Positions 38,243 through 47,998 of a stretch of 57,973 nucleotides of DNA are shown in pieces (within the stretch, counting starts at the first letter, position 1; each line of letters opens with the position of its first letter). The position numbers and the translations under genes were made by a program. A model generated the notes under the pieces. The model saw only the letters and a list, made by a program, of their open reading frames with translations. It searched no databases and was not told the origin of the DNA. The DNA comes from Candidatus Sericytochromatia bacterium (GTDB lineage Bacteria > Cyanobacteriota > Sericytochromatia > S15B-MN24 > UBA4093): assembly GCA_036676985.1 (NCBI GenBank), contig JAKFBU010000025.1, forward strand, positions 1-57,973. The letters are read 5' to 3'.

Positions 38243-38313
38243 ATCCGCAGATTTCGCAGATGGCGCAGATTGATCCAACGATCAAATCTGCGAAATCGGC
38301 GTCATCTGCGGAT
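38243..38313. repeat. CGCAGAT-unit long palindrome (family C)
   Basis: ATCCGCAGATTTCGCAGATGGCGCAGATT...AATCTGCGAAATCGGCGTCATCTGCGGAT between convergent genes. Confidence 0.7.
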
Positions 38314-38330
38314 CGGTTATTTGGTATCGC

Positions 38331-39497
38331 CTAGCGCGCGACCGCCGCCTGCTTCGTGGCCTTGTCGAAGGCCTGCTGGAGGTCGGCCATCAGGTCGTCG
38401 GCGTTCTCGATGCCCACCGACAGGCGTAAGAGGCCGTCCACCACGCCGCGAGCCTCGCGGATCTCCTTGGGGATGGAGCCATGGGTCATGGTGGGCGGGT
38501 GCGTGAGCAGGCTCTCGACGCCGCCCAGGCTCTCGGCCAGGCTGAAGAGCTCGGTCGAGGTGGCGATGGTGCGGGCCACGTCCATGCCGCCCTTCACCAC
38601 GAAGGACACCATGCCGCCGAAGTCCCGCATCTGACGCTTCGCGAGCTCATGGCCCGGGTGCGAGGCGTGGCCGGGGTAGTAGACCTTCTCGACGAGCGGA
38701 TGCTCTGCGAGCCAGTCCGCCACCTGGCGCGCGTTCTCGCAGTGGGCGCGCATGCGCACGGCGAGCGTCTTGATGCCGCGCAGCGTGAGCCACGCGTCGT
38801 GGGGACCGGGGATGGCGCCCAGCGAGTTCTGGACGAACTTCACCTCGGTGTACAGGTCCTCGCGATTGGTCACGAAGGCGCCGCCCACCACGTCCGAGTG
38901 GCCGCCCAGGTACTTGGTGGTCGAGTGAACGACCAGGTCCGCGCCCAGCGCCAGCGGGTTCTGGAGGTAGGGGCTCGCGAAGGTGTTGTCGATGGCGAGC
39001 AGGATCCCCTTCTCCTTGGCGATCAGCGCGAGGCCCGCGATGTCGATGATCCGCAGCAGGGGGTTGGTCGGCGTCTCGGCCCAGAGCAGCTTGGTGTTGG
39101 GCTGGATGGCCGCCCGGACGTTGTCGAGGTTCTGGGCGTCGACCCATGAGAAGGTGATGCCGTAGCGGGTCAGGACCTTCTCGAAGAGGCGGTAGGTGCC
39201 GCCGTAGACGTCGTCCGAGACCACCACGTGGTCGCCCGACTTGAGGAGCTTCATGGTCGCGTCGGTGGCGGCCACGCCCGAGGAGAAGGCCAGGCCGTAG
39301 CGGCCGCCCTCGAGGGACGCGAGGCACTCCTCGAGCGCGCGGCGGGTCGGGTTGGCCGTGCGGGAGTAGTCGAAGCCCTTGTGGACGCCGGGCTCCTCCT
39401 GGGTGTAGGTCGAGGTCTGGTAGATGGGAACGATGGTAGCGCCGGTCGTGGGGTCCGCCCCCTGGCCGACGTGGATGGCCTTGGTCTCGAAGTTCAT
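38331..39497 (-). CDS. cystathionine gamma-lyase/synthase
   Basis: YSRTANPTR, ETPTNP, HSTTKYLGGHSD, AESLGGVESL. Confidence 0.95.
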   Translation of the reverse strand: MNFETKAIHVGQGADPTTGATIVPIYQTSTYTQEEPGVHKGFDYSRTANPTRRALEECLASLEGGRYGLAFSSGVAATDATMKLLKSGDHVVVSDDVYGGTYRLFEKVLTRYGITFSWVDAQNLDNVRAAIQPNTKLLWAETPTNPLLRIIDIAGLALIAKEKGILLAIDNTFASPYLQNPLALGADLVVHSTTKYLGGHSDVVGGAFVTNREDLYTEVKFVQNSLGAIPGPHDAWLTLRGIKTLAVRMRAHCENARQVADWLAEHPLVEKVYYPGHASHPGHELAKRQMRDFGGMVSFVVKGGMDVARTIATSTELFSLAESLGGVESLLTHPPTMTHGSIPKEIREARGVVDGLLRLSVGIENADDLMADLQQAFDKATKQAAVAR

Positions 39498-40861
39498 GCG
39501 GTCACCCCCACTTTCTCGCTGCCCGTGAAGTACTCGATGAGGTCGATCTTGGTCAGGACGCCGAAGGGCCGGCCGGCCTGCGTCACGATCACCGCGCCGT
39601 CACCCCGCAACAGGGCCTCGTAGACCTTGGAGACGGGTTCCGACTCCTCGGCCGTGGCGTAGGGGCGGCCCATGACGTCGCCGACCAGCTTGGTGGCACC
39701 CGTGCCGTCGAAGATGGCCTTGAGCAGCGTGCCTTCCTGGATGGAGCCGACGACGCGATCGCCCTCGATGACGGGCAACTGGCTGATGCCGTTGTCGCGC
39801 AGGAGCTCGACGGCGGCCGACAAAGGAGCCGTGGGCTCGACGGCGATGAGCTGCGGACGCTCGCCGCGGCTCGCAAGCAGCGTGCGCACGGGCACGTTGG
39901 GGCGGTTGCTCTCGAGGAAGCCGTGCTGCCGCATCCACTCGTCGTTGAAGATCTTGGAGACGTAGCCGCGGCCCGAGTCGGGCAGGAGCACCACGACCAC
40001 CGCGTCCGCGGGCAGCTCGCGGGCGACCCGCAGGGCGGCCACGACGGCCGTGCCCGAGCTGCCGCCGACGAGGAGTCCCTCCTCGCGCGCCAGACGCCGG
40101 GTCATGGTGAAGGCCTCCTGGTCGCTCACGCGCTCGTAGCGGTCGATGAGGCGCAGGTCCACGGTGTCGGGGATGTAGTTCATGCCGATCCCCTCGACCT
40201 GGTAGGGCTTGGGCGTGTCGCCCGAGTAGATGGAGCCCTCCGGATCGGCGCCGACCACGACCACCTTCGCGTTCTGCTCCTTGAGGTAGCGGGCCGTGCC
40301 GGAGATCGTGCCGCCCGTGCCGATGGAGGCCACGTAGTGCGTGATCCGGCCGTCGGTCTGGCTCCACAGCTCGGGGCCCGTGGTCTCGTAGTGAGCCTCG
40401 GGGTTCTTGGAGTTGTGGAACTGGTTGGGCTGATAGGCGCCGGGGATCTCGCGCGTGAGCCGGTTGGCCACGGAGTAGTAGGAGTCGGGGTGGTCGTTGG
40501 CCACCGCCGTCGGCGTGATAACGACCTCGGCGCCGTAGGCGCGCAGGACGTCCCGCTTCTCCTGGCTCATCTTGTCGGGCATCGTGAAGATGCAGCGGTA
40601 GCCCTTGATGGCGGCCGCGATGGCGAGGCCGACCCCGGTGTTGCCGCTGGTGGGCTCCACGATGGTGCCGCCCGGCTTGAGGAGGCCCTTGGCCTCGGCG
40701 TCTTGGATCATCTTGAGGGCGGGACGGTCCTTGACCGACGCCCCCGGGTTGAAGTACTCGACCTTGGCGAGCACGGTCGCCTGGATGCCTTGGGCGACGC
40801 TATTGAGCTTGACCAGCGGCGTGTGGCCGATCGTCTCGAGGAGGTTATTGGCGTAATGCAT
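39494..40861 (-). CDS. cystathionine beta-synthase with C-terminal CBS pair
   Basis: NPGASVKDR, TSGNTG, GTGGT, PDSGRGY.SK, CBS domains. Confidence 0.95.
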   Translation of the reverse strand: MHYANNLLETIGHTPLVKLNSVAQGIQATVLAKVEYFNPGASVKDRPALKMIQDAEAKGLLKPGGTIVEPTSGNTGVGLAIAAAIKGYRCIFTMPDKMSQEKRDVLRAYGAEVVITPTAVANDHPDSYYSVANRLTREIPGAYQPNQFHNSKNPEAHYETTGPELWSQTDGRITHYVASIGTGGTISGTARYLKEQNAKVVVVGADPEGSIYSGDTPKPYQVEGIGMNYIPDTVDLRLIDRYERVSDQEAFTMTRRLAREEGLLVGGSSGTAVVAALRVARELPADAVVVVLLPDSGRGYVSKIFNDEWMRQHGFLESNRPNVPVRTLLASRGERPQLIAVEPTAPLSAAVELLRDNGISQLPVIEGDRVVGSIQEGTLLKAIFDGTGATKLVGDVMGRPYATAEESEPVSKVYEALLRGDGAVIVTQAGRPFGVLTKIDLIEYFTGSEKVGVTA

Positions 40862-41075
40862 GGAAACCCTTTCGTAGGGGGATATCGCGACGACGTCGTC
40901 TCCGCCAGTATAACCGCTGAGGCCGGGTCGCCGCCACCGCTCGCCCGGCGCCGGCCCCTCCGGACAGGGGTGGAAATAGGAGTTGTGAAGCGGTTAAACT
41001 TGGATTAAAACGGTTCAGCTTTTAAGGAGCCGTTACAATAACTATCACAGCAGACACGCGCATCGGAGGTCCCCC

Positions 41076-42731
41076 ATGCGGATCAACATCGCCGTCAAGC
41101 TGGCCGGTGTCTTCACCCTCGTCTCCCTGTCGCTCCTGGTCCTCGTGGCCCTGGTGGCGTCCGTGATGACGACCAAGGGCATGACGAGCGAGGCCAGCAA
41201 GCGCCTCGACAATGACGTGGCGGTCACCCTCCATACCTTCGACTACTTCGCCCAGGATGCCTTGGCGTCGGCTCAGATGCTGGCCAGCAATCCCCGGGCG
41301 CTTCGCTTCGTGACGGCTCGCGGCCAGACCGGCCATGAGGCCGTCAACGACCTTTTCGAGCTGCTCCCCAAGAATCGCATCGTCCGGGTCTTCGACGCCG
41401 AGGGGCGTCCGCTCAAGGAGCGGGGCGTGCCCAAGGAGGTCTCCGAGCTCGTGAGCGCCGGCGTCCAGCTGGCCCTGGCAAACGAGACGGTCAAGGGCGT
41501 CGAGCCCATCGGCGATCGCGGCCTGGCCATCCGTGGCATCGCGCCGGTCAAGGTGGGCAACCAGGTGGTGGGCGCGGTCATGGTCGGCTCGTGGCTCGAC
41601 CAGACCTTCGTCGATCAGATCAAGGGCATCACGGGCCTCGAAGTGGGCATCGCGGGCGGCAACTCGCGCACCAGCCACTGGCTCGCTCAGACCATCCGTC
41701 CCGAGGGTCTCGGCCGCCTCAAGGGCGAGCTGCCCCTGGCGGTGGTGCACCACGTCCGCGGCACGGGCGACGTCGTCAAGCAGAATGTCCGCTTCGCCTC
41801 GGACGAGTACATGGGCGCCTTTGCCCCCTTGTTCGGCGACTACGGCGAGTTCGTCGGCCTGCTCTTCATCGGCGAGCCCCAGGAGCCCATGCAGCGGATG
41901 GCGCGCCAGGCGCAGCTGTTGATCTTCGTGCTGGTGCTCATCGGGGCGGTGCTCGCCTCGGTGGTGGCCACCCTCCTCTCCAAGACCATCACCAACCCCA
42001 TCCGCGTGCTCGCCCAGCAGGCCACGGCCATCTCGCAGGGCAAGCTGGACGGTCGCGTGACCGTCGAGACGGGTGACGAGCTCGAGCAGCTCGCCCAGGC
42101 CTTCAACCAGATGGCCGAGTCGCTCGAGATCATGAAGTTCAACGACCAGAACGCGAACCCCCTGACCAAGCTGCCCGGCAACCTGTGCATCGAGGCCGAG
42201 GTGCAGCGCCGCATCAGCCGCAACGAAGAGCTCGCGGTGCTCTACATCGACCTGGACCACTTCAAGGCCTTCAACGACAAGTTCGGGTTCGAGCAGGGCG
42301 ACCGGGTCATCCAGCTGTGCGCCGGCACCATCAACCAGGCGGTGCAGGTGGTGGACAACCCCGGCGACTTCGTGGGCCACATCGGCGGCGACGACTTCAT
42401 CGTCATCACCCAGCCCCACGTGGCCGAGCGGGTGGCGCGCGAGATCATCCGCATCTTCGACGCCGAGGTCCCCGAGCTCTACCCGGATGAGGACCGGTCG
42501 CGCGGCTACATCGTCTCGGTCGATCGCCGCGGCCAGAAGCAGGAGTTCCCGCTCTGCTCGCTGTCCATCGCCCTGGTCAGCAACGAGCGCCGGCCCATCA
42601 AGGACTTCCTGGAGCTCGGCAGCCTGGCCGCTGAAGTCAAGAAGTACGCCAAGAGCATGGAAGGCTCGAGTCTGGCCCGCGATCGCCGCCTGGACAAGAC
42701 GGCCCCCCTGGATGGAGCGGTCCTTTCCTAA
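41076..42731 (+). CDS. membrane diguanylate cyclase (Cache-HAMP-GGDEF)
   Basis: 2 TM segments, HAMP, NPLTKLPGN, DLDHFKAFND, GHIGGDDF. Confidence 0.9.
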   Translation: MRINIAVKLAGVFTLVSLSLLVLVALVASVMTTKGMTSEASKRLDNDVAVTLHTFDYFAQDALASAQMLASNPRALRFVTARGQTGHEAVNDLFELLPKNRIVRVFDAEGRPLKERGVPKEVSELVSAGVQLALANETVKGVEPIGDRGLAIRGIAPVKVGNQVVGAVMVGSWLDQTFVDQIKGITGLEVGIAGGNSRTSHWLAQTIRPEGLGRLKGELPLAVVHHVRGTGDVVKQNVRFASDEYMGAFAPLFGDYGEFVGLLFIGEPQEPMQRMARQAQLLIFVLVLIGAVLASVVATLLSKTITNPIRVLAQQATAISQGKLDGRVTVETGDELEQLAQAFNQMAESLEIMKFNDQNANPLTKLPGNLCIEAEVQRRISRNEELAVLYIDLDHFKAFNDKFGFEQGDRVIQLCAGTINQAVQVVDNPGDFVGHIGGDDFIVITQPHVAERVAREIIRIFDAEVPELYPDEDRSRGYIVSVDRRGQKQEFPLCSLSIALVSNERRPIKDFLELGSLAAEVKKYAKSMEGSSLARDRRLDKTAPLDGAVLS

Positions 42732-42760
42732 TGTGATCGGTTCCGTGATCGGCGCCTCGT

Positions 42761-42793
42761 AAGCTCCTCTCGTTGACACAACGAGAGGAGCTT
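42761..42793. terminator. perfect 15-bp stem hairpin (terminator or RBS sequestration)
   Basis: AAGCTCCTCTCGTTG-ACA-CAACGAGAGGAGCTT. Confidence 0.55.
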
Positions 42794-42797
42794 TCTC

Positions 42798-42908
42798 ATG
42801 CCCTGGCTCGCCTTGCTGCTCGTGATGCTCGCGCTCGCCGCGATCCCGGCCCTGACGGCCGATCCCCGGTCGGGCCATGAGGACGACGCTCAGAAAGGGA
42901 CCCTATGA
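42798..42908 (+). CDS. 36-aa small hydrophobic protein
   Basis: GAGGAG RBS; MPWLALLLVMLALAAIPALTADPRSGHEDDAQKGTL; ATGA overlap with the next gene. Confidence 0.4.
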   Translation: MPWLALLLVMLALAAIPALTADPRSGHEDDAQKGTL

Positions 42909-43432
42909 TTCGCCACATGCTCGTCGCGACGGCACTCGTCGCCGTCTCGGCCTCGGCCGCCGGCGCCTCGACGCTGCCGCCCCTCGATTTCCGCGCGAAC
43001 CAGGTCATGTTGGGCCTGGGAGCGCTCGACGCCAACGTGGACGTGGCCCTGAGCGATCGCTTCAGCGTTGGGCTCAGCGCACAGCCCTTCTCCCCGGTCA
43101 CCGGCCGCGCCACCGTGCGCGTGGGCGAGGTGGGCGGGCTCAGCTACGGGCTGAGCCTCGCGGGGGGCCTTACGCCCAACGTCTGGGGGAGTGTCAGCGG
43201 CCCGACGACCTACAGCACGTGGGTGCAGCCGGCGCTCGTCGTCGGCTATCGCTTCGGCGGCCCTGAGGGCGCGTTGAGCCTGCGCGGGACGGTCGGTCCC
43301 ATGTTCCTCAACGGATCGACGGCCATGCCCTTTCTGGCATGGCCGAACGCCGAAGTGGCCTATCGGTTTGCGCCGGGTCATGAGCTCACGCTCGGTGGCA
43401 ATGGCCTGGTGGGCTGGCGAGGGACCTTCTAG
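42905..43432 (+). CDS. putative small outer-membrane beta-barrel protein
   Basis: signal peptide, amphipathic strands, C-terminal Phe. Confidence 0.65.
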   Translation: MIRHMLVATALVAVSASAAGASTLPPLDFRANQVMLGLGALDANVDVALSDRFSVGLSAQPFSPVTGRATVRVGEVGGLSYGLSLAGGLTPNVWGSVSGPTTYSTWVQPALVVGYRFGGPEGALSLRGTVGPMFLNGSTAMPFLAWPNAEVAYRFAPGHELTLGGNGLVGWRGTF

Positions 43433-43442
43433 AACTGAAAAC

Positions 43443-43462
43443 GGGCGGCCCGAAGGCCGCCC
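43443..43462. terminator. hairpin between convergent genes
   Basis: GGGCGGCC-CGAA-GGCCGCCC, T-tract on the minus strand. Confidence 0.65.
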
Positions 43463-43478
43463 AAAGGCTTGGAAGCGC

Positions 43479-44204
43479 TTACTGCTGCGCGGTCGCCTCG
43501 ACCGGCTGCGGCGTGTAGTGGGCGAACATGTAGCCCGTGCCACGCGCGGTGAGGATGAGCTCCGGCGAGCTCGGATCGTCCTCGAGCTTGGAACGCAGGC
43601 GCGAGATGTGGACGTCGACCACCCGGGTGTCCGAGTACTGGCTCAGGCGGTAGCCCCACACCTGGTGCAGGATCTCCGAGCGCGAGTAGGCGCGGCCGGG
43701 GTTGGTGGCCAACAGCTCCAGGAGGTTGAACTCCATCTCCGTCAGCTTGACCTTCTTGCCGTCCTTGAGCACCTGGCGCTTGCCGGTGTCGATGAGCAGC
43801 TTATCGATCTTGATGGTGGCCTGCTTGGTGACGTCGGTGTGCGTCCGGCGCAGGACCGCCTTGATGCGGGCCTCCAGCTCGCGGGGGCTGAAGGGCTTGA
43901 CCACGTAGTCGTCGGCACCGAGCTCCAGGGCCGCGATGCGGTCCGTGATGTCGCCCTTGGCCGTGAGCATGATGATGGGGGTCATCATGTTCTTGCGCAG
44001 CTCGCGGCAGACCTCGAAGCCGTCGATCTTGGGCATCATGATGTCCAGGACGATCAGGTCGGGATTGTGCGCTGCCGCCTTCTCCAGGGCCTCAACGCCG
44101 TCCGCCGCGGTGATCACCTCGTAGCCGGCCAACTTGAGGCGCGTTTCCACGATCTGGCGGATGCTGGCCTCGTCATCGACAACGAGAATCTTTTCCTTAT
44201 CCAT
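43479..44204 (-). CDS. rpaB: OmpR-family response regulator, RpaB/Ycf27-like
   Basis: KEKILVVDDEASIRQIVETRL, DTRVVDVHISRLRSKLEDDPSSPELILTARGTGY. Confidence 0.82.
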   Translation of the reverse strand: MDKEKILVVDDEASIRQIVETRLKLAGYEVITAADGVEALEKAAAHNPDLIVLDIMMPKIDGFEVCRELRKNMMTPIIMLTAKGDITDRIAALELGADDYVVKPFSPRELEARIKAVLRRTHTDVTKQATIKIDKLLIDTGKRQVLKDGKKVKLTEMEFNLLELLATNPGRAYSRSEILHQVWGYRLSQYSDTRVVDVHISRLRSKLEDDPSSPELILTARGTGYMFAHYTPQPVEATAQQ

Positions 44205-44303
44205 GCGAATCGTCACTCCTAAACGGTTGCAATAGCAGTTAAGCGGCGTTTGACCTTATAATGCGACTACGTATTTTAACTTCATTAAGAACTACCATAC
44301 CAC

Positions 44304-44897
44304 CTAAATGGTCACCCGTAAACCTAGCTCCACCGTGTTGAAACCCGCTCCGCTCAGCGGATTCCAAGCGCGGTAGCGGGCCCCGACGCTCGCCAAGGGG
44401 AAGAAGGCGAAGTAGCCGCCGAGCGCATAGGTGTTGATGAGCAGGTTGTTCGCGAAGGGATGGTAGCTGTAGCCGTAGCTCCCCTCGAACCAGATGGGCG
44501 AGAGGATCGGCGAGAAGGCGACGTCCAGGCGGCCCTGCAGGCCGTGCGAGAAATCGGCCTGGAACATGTTCTGGCCCTGGTAGGCGAGGGTCGGCTTGAC
44601 CGAGAGCATGGGGATGAAGGACATCTCCTTGCGCAGGCCGAGCTCCAGCAAGGAGCCGTTCTGGCCGGGCATGGAGAACACGGAGCCCGCCGCGTCGATG
44701 CCGAACACCTCGGCGTTGGCGTCGACGCCCACCGTCATGCCGCTGCGCGAGCCGCTGGCCCAGCCGGCGTAGCCCGAGGCCGAGGCGCCGACTCCGATGA
44801 GCGGAATGGCCTGCGCGGCGGCGGGGGCGAGGGCGACGCCGAGGGCGAGGCCCGCCGCCAGGAGGCGGCCGACGTTAGGGCGGAGGCAAAGCTTCAT
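44304..44897 (-). CDS. putative outer-membrane beta-barrel protein
   Basis: signal peptide AQA; alternating beta strands. Confidence 0.65.
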   Translation of the reverse strand: MKLCLRPNVGRLLAAGLALGVALAPAAAQAIPLIGVGASASGYAGWASGSRSGMTVGVDANAEVFGIDAAGSVFSMPGQNGSLLELGLRKEMSFIPMLSVKPTLAYQGQNMFQADFSHGLQGRLDVAFSPILSPIWFEGSYGYSYHPFANNLLINTYALGGYFAFFPLASVGARYRAWNPLSGAGFNTVELGLRVTI

Positions 44898-45441
44898 GCG
44901 TAAACTCCCTTGCTGCAGCTCGGACGGCCTGTTCGAAGGCCGCCGCGGTCGACGATGCGGGGTCGAGTGGCGCGGTACCCACCAACCGTTTGGAAAAGAG
45001 GATCTGGCCGGAGCCGGCAGCGACGAGTCGTACCGAGAGCGCGATCCAGACCCGATTCTGGCGGGGCTGGATGCGGTAGCTGCTGATGGTTCCCGTCAAG
45101 AAGGTTGCGACCTGAAGGCGTTCGCCCTGGGTCTTCAGCCAGCTGGATGCTAGCCGGGGACCCGGACGAGGAACCGGAGACGCTACGATCGCTCCCTTGA
45201 GATCTGAGCGGGCTTGGCTCCAAAAGGCCTGGGTCACGGTCGTACCCACCTCTTGTCCAGTGAGGTCGAGGAACTCCACGATCGCCAAGGGCCGCTGACC
45301 CTGGCGCGCCGGCTCCTCTGCCGGCGACTCCGCCGAACGTCCGAGCCAACTCGCGCACCCGGCGGTCGCCATGAGGGCGACGACCAGGCAGAGACGGCTG
45401 ACGGCCCTACGGGCCGGGACGCGGTGGGCGAAAAGTATCAA
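44875..45441 (-). CDS. lipoprotein (CsgG/LpoB-like fold)
   Basis: TAGC lipobox; LAIVEF.D; FLTGTI..Y; LSVRLV...SGQIL. Confidence 0.6.
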   Translation of the reverse strand: MILFAHRVPARRAVSRLCLVVALMATAGCASWLGRSAESPAEEPARQGQRPLAIVEFLDLTGQEVGTTVTQAFWSQARSDLKGAIVASPVPRPGPRLASSWLKTQGERLQVATFLTGTISSYRIQPRQNRVWIALSVRLVAAGSGQILFSKRLVGTAPLDPASSTAAAFEQAVRAAAREFTHEALPPP

Positions 45442-45521
45442 GCTTCCTAAACCTCACCAGCCAAATGATACGGAGTTTTGCGTGCCATGTCTAGCTTGCC
45501 TGCCAAATCGGGACAAATGTC

Positions 45522-46694
45522 TTACGCCCGGCGGATGACCTCGATCGGATCCAGCTTCAAGGCGCGCCGTGCCGGCAACAGGCACGCGAGAAGGGCCACG
45601 ACGAACGCGGCCGCGGCCGTCAGGGCGAAGTCGAGGGGCTCCATGCGAACGGGCAGGCGGCTGATGTAGTAGACGTCCGAGGGCAGGGCGAGCGGGAAGG
45701 TGGCGAGTGCCGCCGAGAGGCCGAAGCCGCCAGCCAGGCCCACGAGCACGCCGATCAGGCTGACCAGGGAGCCCTCGACCACGATCATGCGGGCCATCAG
45801 GGCGCCGGGCGAGCCCACCGCGCGCAGGATGGCGATGTCGCGGCTCTGCTCGAGCACCCACATGGCGAGCGTGTTGGCGATGCCCATGGTCGCCACGATG
45901 ATGATGAACATGGTGACCAGGAAGATGACGCGCTTCTCGAGGGCCAGGGCCCCGAGCAGGCTCTGGTTGTTGGTGGTCCAGGCCCGCACGCTGTAGGGGA
46001 TCTCCATCTGCATTTGCCGCGCGAGGGCCGGGGCCGCGAACACGTCGTCCAGGCGCACCGAGAGGCCCGTCACGCCGTCGCCGAGCCCGAAGATCGTCTG
46101 GGCGACCGGCAGGTCCAGGTAGGCCACGTGCGCGTCGTACTCGTAGAGCCCCGCCTGGTAGAGGCCCGACACGACGACCTGCTGGCGCTGAGCCAGGCCG
46201 CTGACGAGGAGCATGCGATCGCCCATGCGCGCACCGAGCTTCTTGGCGAGCTCCGCGCCGAGCATGATGCCGGGGACGCCGTTCCTGGCCTTCAGGTCGC
46301 CCTGCTGGACGTACTTGGTCCAGTCGGGGTTGGACTTTTCCTGGTCCGGGTCGATGCCCCGCACGAGCACGCCCGCCGAGTAGCCGGAGCGCGTGAGGAG
46401 CGCCTGTCCGTTGACGTAGGGCAGGGCACTCAGGACGTGCGGGTACTCCTTGACCTGCTTCTGGATGGCGGGGTAGTCCCGGACGATGCCCGTGAGCACG
46501 TCGGTGACGGCGATGTGCGGCGTGGTCCCGAGGATGCGGCTGATGAGGTCCTCCTCGAAGCCGTTGGTCAGGGACAGGGCGGTGGTGAGGATGGTGACGC
46601 CCACCGCGACGCTCATGATGAGCATGAGGGTCTGGCGCCAGCGGGCGCGCAGGTGGCGCCGGGCTACGAAGAAGAGGAAGCGCATGGAGGCCAT
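45522..46694 (-). CDS. LolC/E (FtsX-like) ABC permease
   Basis: NGFE..L..RILG..PH, ALALEK, DIAILRAVG, SDVYYISRLP. Confidence 0.88.
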   Translation of the reverse strand: MASMRFLFFVARRHLRARWRQTLMLIMSVAVGVTILTTALSLTNGFEEDLISRILGTTPHIAVTDVLTGIVRDYPAIQKQVKEYPHVLSALPYVNGQALLTRSGYSAGVLVRGIDPDQEKSNPDWTKYVQQGDLKARNGVPGIMLGAELAKKLGARMGDRMLLVSGLAQRQQVVVSGLYQAGLYEYDAHVAYLDLPVAQTIFGLGDGVTGLSVRLDDVFAAPALARQMQMEIPYSVRAWTTNNQSLLGALALEKRVIFLVTMFIIIVATMGIANTLAMWVLEQSRDIAILRAVGSPGALMARMIVVEGSLVSLIGVLVGLAGGFGLSAALATFPLALPSDVYYISRLPVRMEPLDFALTAAAAFVVALLACLLPARRALKLDPIEVIRRA

Positions 46695-46838
46695 GATAGC
46701 ACGGTTCTGGGTGTCTGCCTTTGGCCGGATGGCCGACTCGTTCTACCCCCATTCCTAGGGGGGGCGTGCTGACGGAGACCCCTGGAGCGTCCAAACAAGA
46801 AGCCCCCCGCCCAACGGCGGGGGGCCAGTTTCGAGGGC

Positions 46839-47864
46839 TTAGAAGCGCTCGAGAAGGACCGGGGTCGACTTGTCGTTCATGTGCACCGAGTCGATGAAGC
46901 GGATGAGGCCCGAGGAGGCGCCCATGACCAGCGAGTAGGTGCGGTGGCCGGCGCCGTAGTAGCGAACGCCGTGCAGGATGTCGCCCTCGGTAATGCCCGT
47001 GGCCGCGAAGATGATCTCCTGGCCGGGAGCCAGGTCGTTGGTCGTGTAGACCTTGTCCAGGTCCACGCCCATGGCACGGCAGCGCTCGGCTTCCTGCTCG
47101 TTGCGGGGCTTGATGCGGGCCTGGATCTCGCCGCCCAGGCACTTCATGGCCGCCGCCGCGAGCACGCCCTCGGGCGCGCCGCCGATGCCCATGACCGCGT
47201 GCACGGCCGTGCCGCGCACCGCCGCCGAGATGGCCGCGCAGACGTCGCCGTCGCCGATGAGACGGATGCGCGCGCCCGCCGCCCGGACCTCCTCGATGAG
47301 GCCCGCGTGCCGGTCACGCTCCAGGATGACGATCGTCAGGTCCGAGATCTCGCGCTTGAGGGCCATGGCCAGGATGGCCAGGTTGGTCTTGACCGGGGCG
47401 GTGATGTCCACCTTGCCCGCGGCCGCCGGGCCCACGATGAGCTTTTCCATGTAGGTGTCGGGAGCGTAGAAGAGACCGCCCTTCTCCGAGACCGCCATGA
47501 CCGCGATCGAGTTGGGAAGACCCTTGGCGACCAGGTTGGTGCCCTCCAGGGGGTCCACCGCGATGTCGATCTCGCAGGAGCCTTCGCGCCACTTGCCGAC
47601 CTTCTCGCCGATGTAGAGCATCGGGGCCTCGTCGCGCTCACCCTCGCCGATGACGATGGTGCCGCACAGGTCCATCTTGTTGAGGGTCTCGCGCATGGCC
47701 TCGGTCGCCGCCTGATCGGCCGCGTGGTTGTCGCCATTGCCCATGAGGCGTCCGGCCGCCAGAGCGGCCGCCTCGACCACATGGACGATGTCGTTGACGA
47801 TTCGGGTCTCGAGGTCGCCGGGCTTGTTGCCAGTCGTTGCGATGGGGTTCGCAGAAAGCGTCAT
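46839..47864 (-). CDS. glpX: class II fructose-1,6-bisphosphatase (FBP/SBPase type)
   Basis: IGEGERDEAPMLYIGE, DPLEGT, YMEKL, GGAPEGV. Confidence 0.96.
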   Translation of the reverse strand: MTLSANPIATTGNKPGDLETRIVNDIVHVVEAAALAAGRLMGNGDNHAADQAATEAMRETLNKMDLCGTIVIGEGERDEAPMLYIGEKVGKWREGSCEIDIAVDPLEGTNLVAKGLPNSIAVMAVSEKGGLFYAPDTYMEKLIVGPAAAGKVDITAPVKTNLAILAMALKREISDLTIVILERDRHAGLIEEVRAAGARIRLIGDGDVCAAISAAVRGTAVHAVMGIGGAPEGVLAAAAMKCLGGEIQARIKPRNEQEAERCRAMGVDLDKVYTTNDLAPGQEIIFAATGITEGDILHGVRYYGAGHRTYSLVMGASSGLIRFIDSVHMNDKSTPVLLERF

Positions 47865-47998
47865 TGCAATCTCCTTATGTGAGCGCCGTCTCGGGGTGGA
47901 CATGCTGTCGCAGCGAGCGGGCAGTGCTATACCAGTGTAACACGATCCGAAGGCAGGCCCCAAGCAGGGCCTGCCTTCGATGCGTGGGTCGAATCGCC

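Noticed and set aside
38331-40861. Link between CBS/CGL and the selenoprotein
   Set aside because: Common reverse-transsulfuration pair 15 kb away; nothing in the sequence ties them together
41030-41050. HLR1 (RpaB) site GTTACAAT upstream of the cyclase
   Set aside because: Only one good half-site; the second repeat does not match at the required spacing
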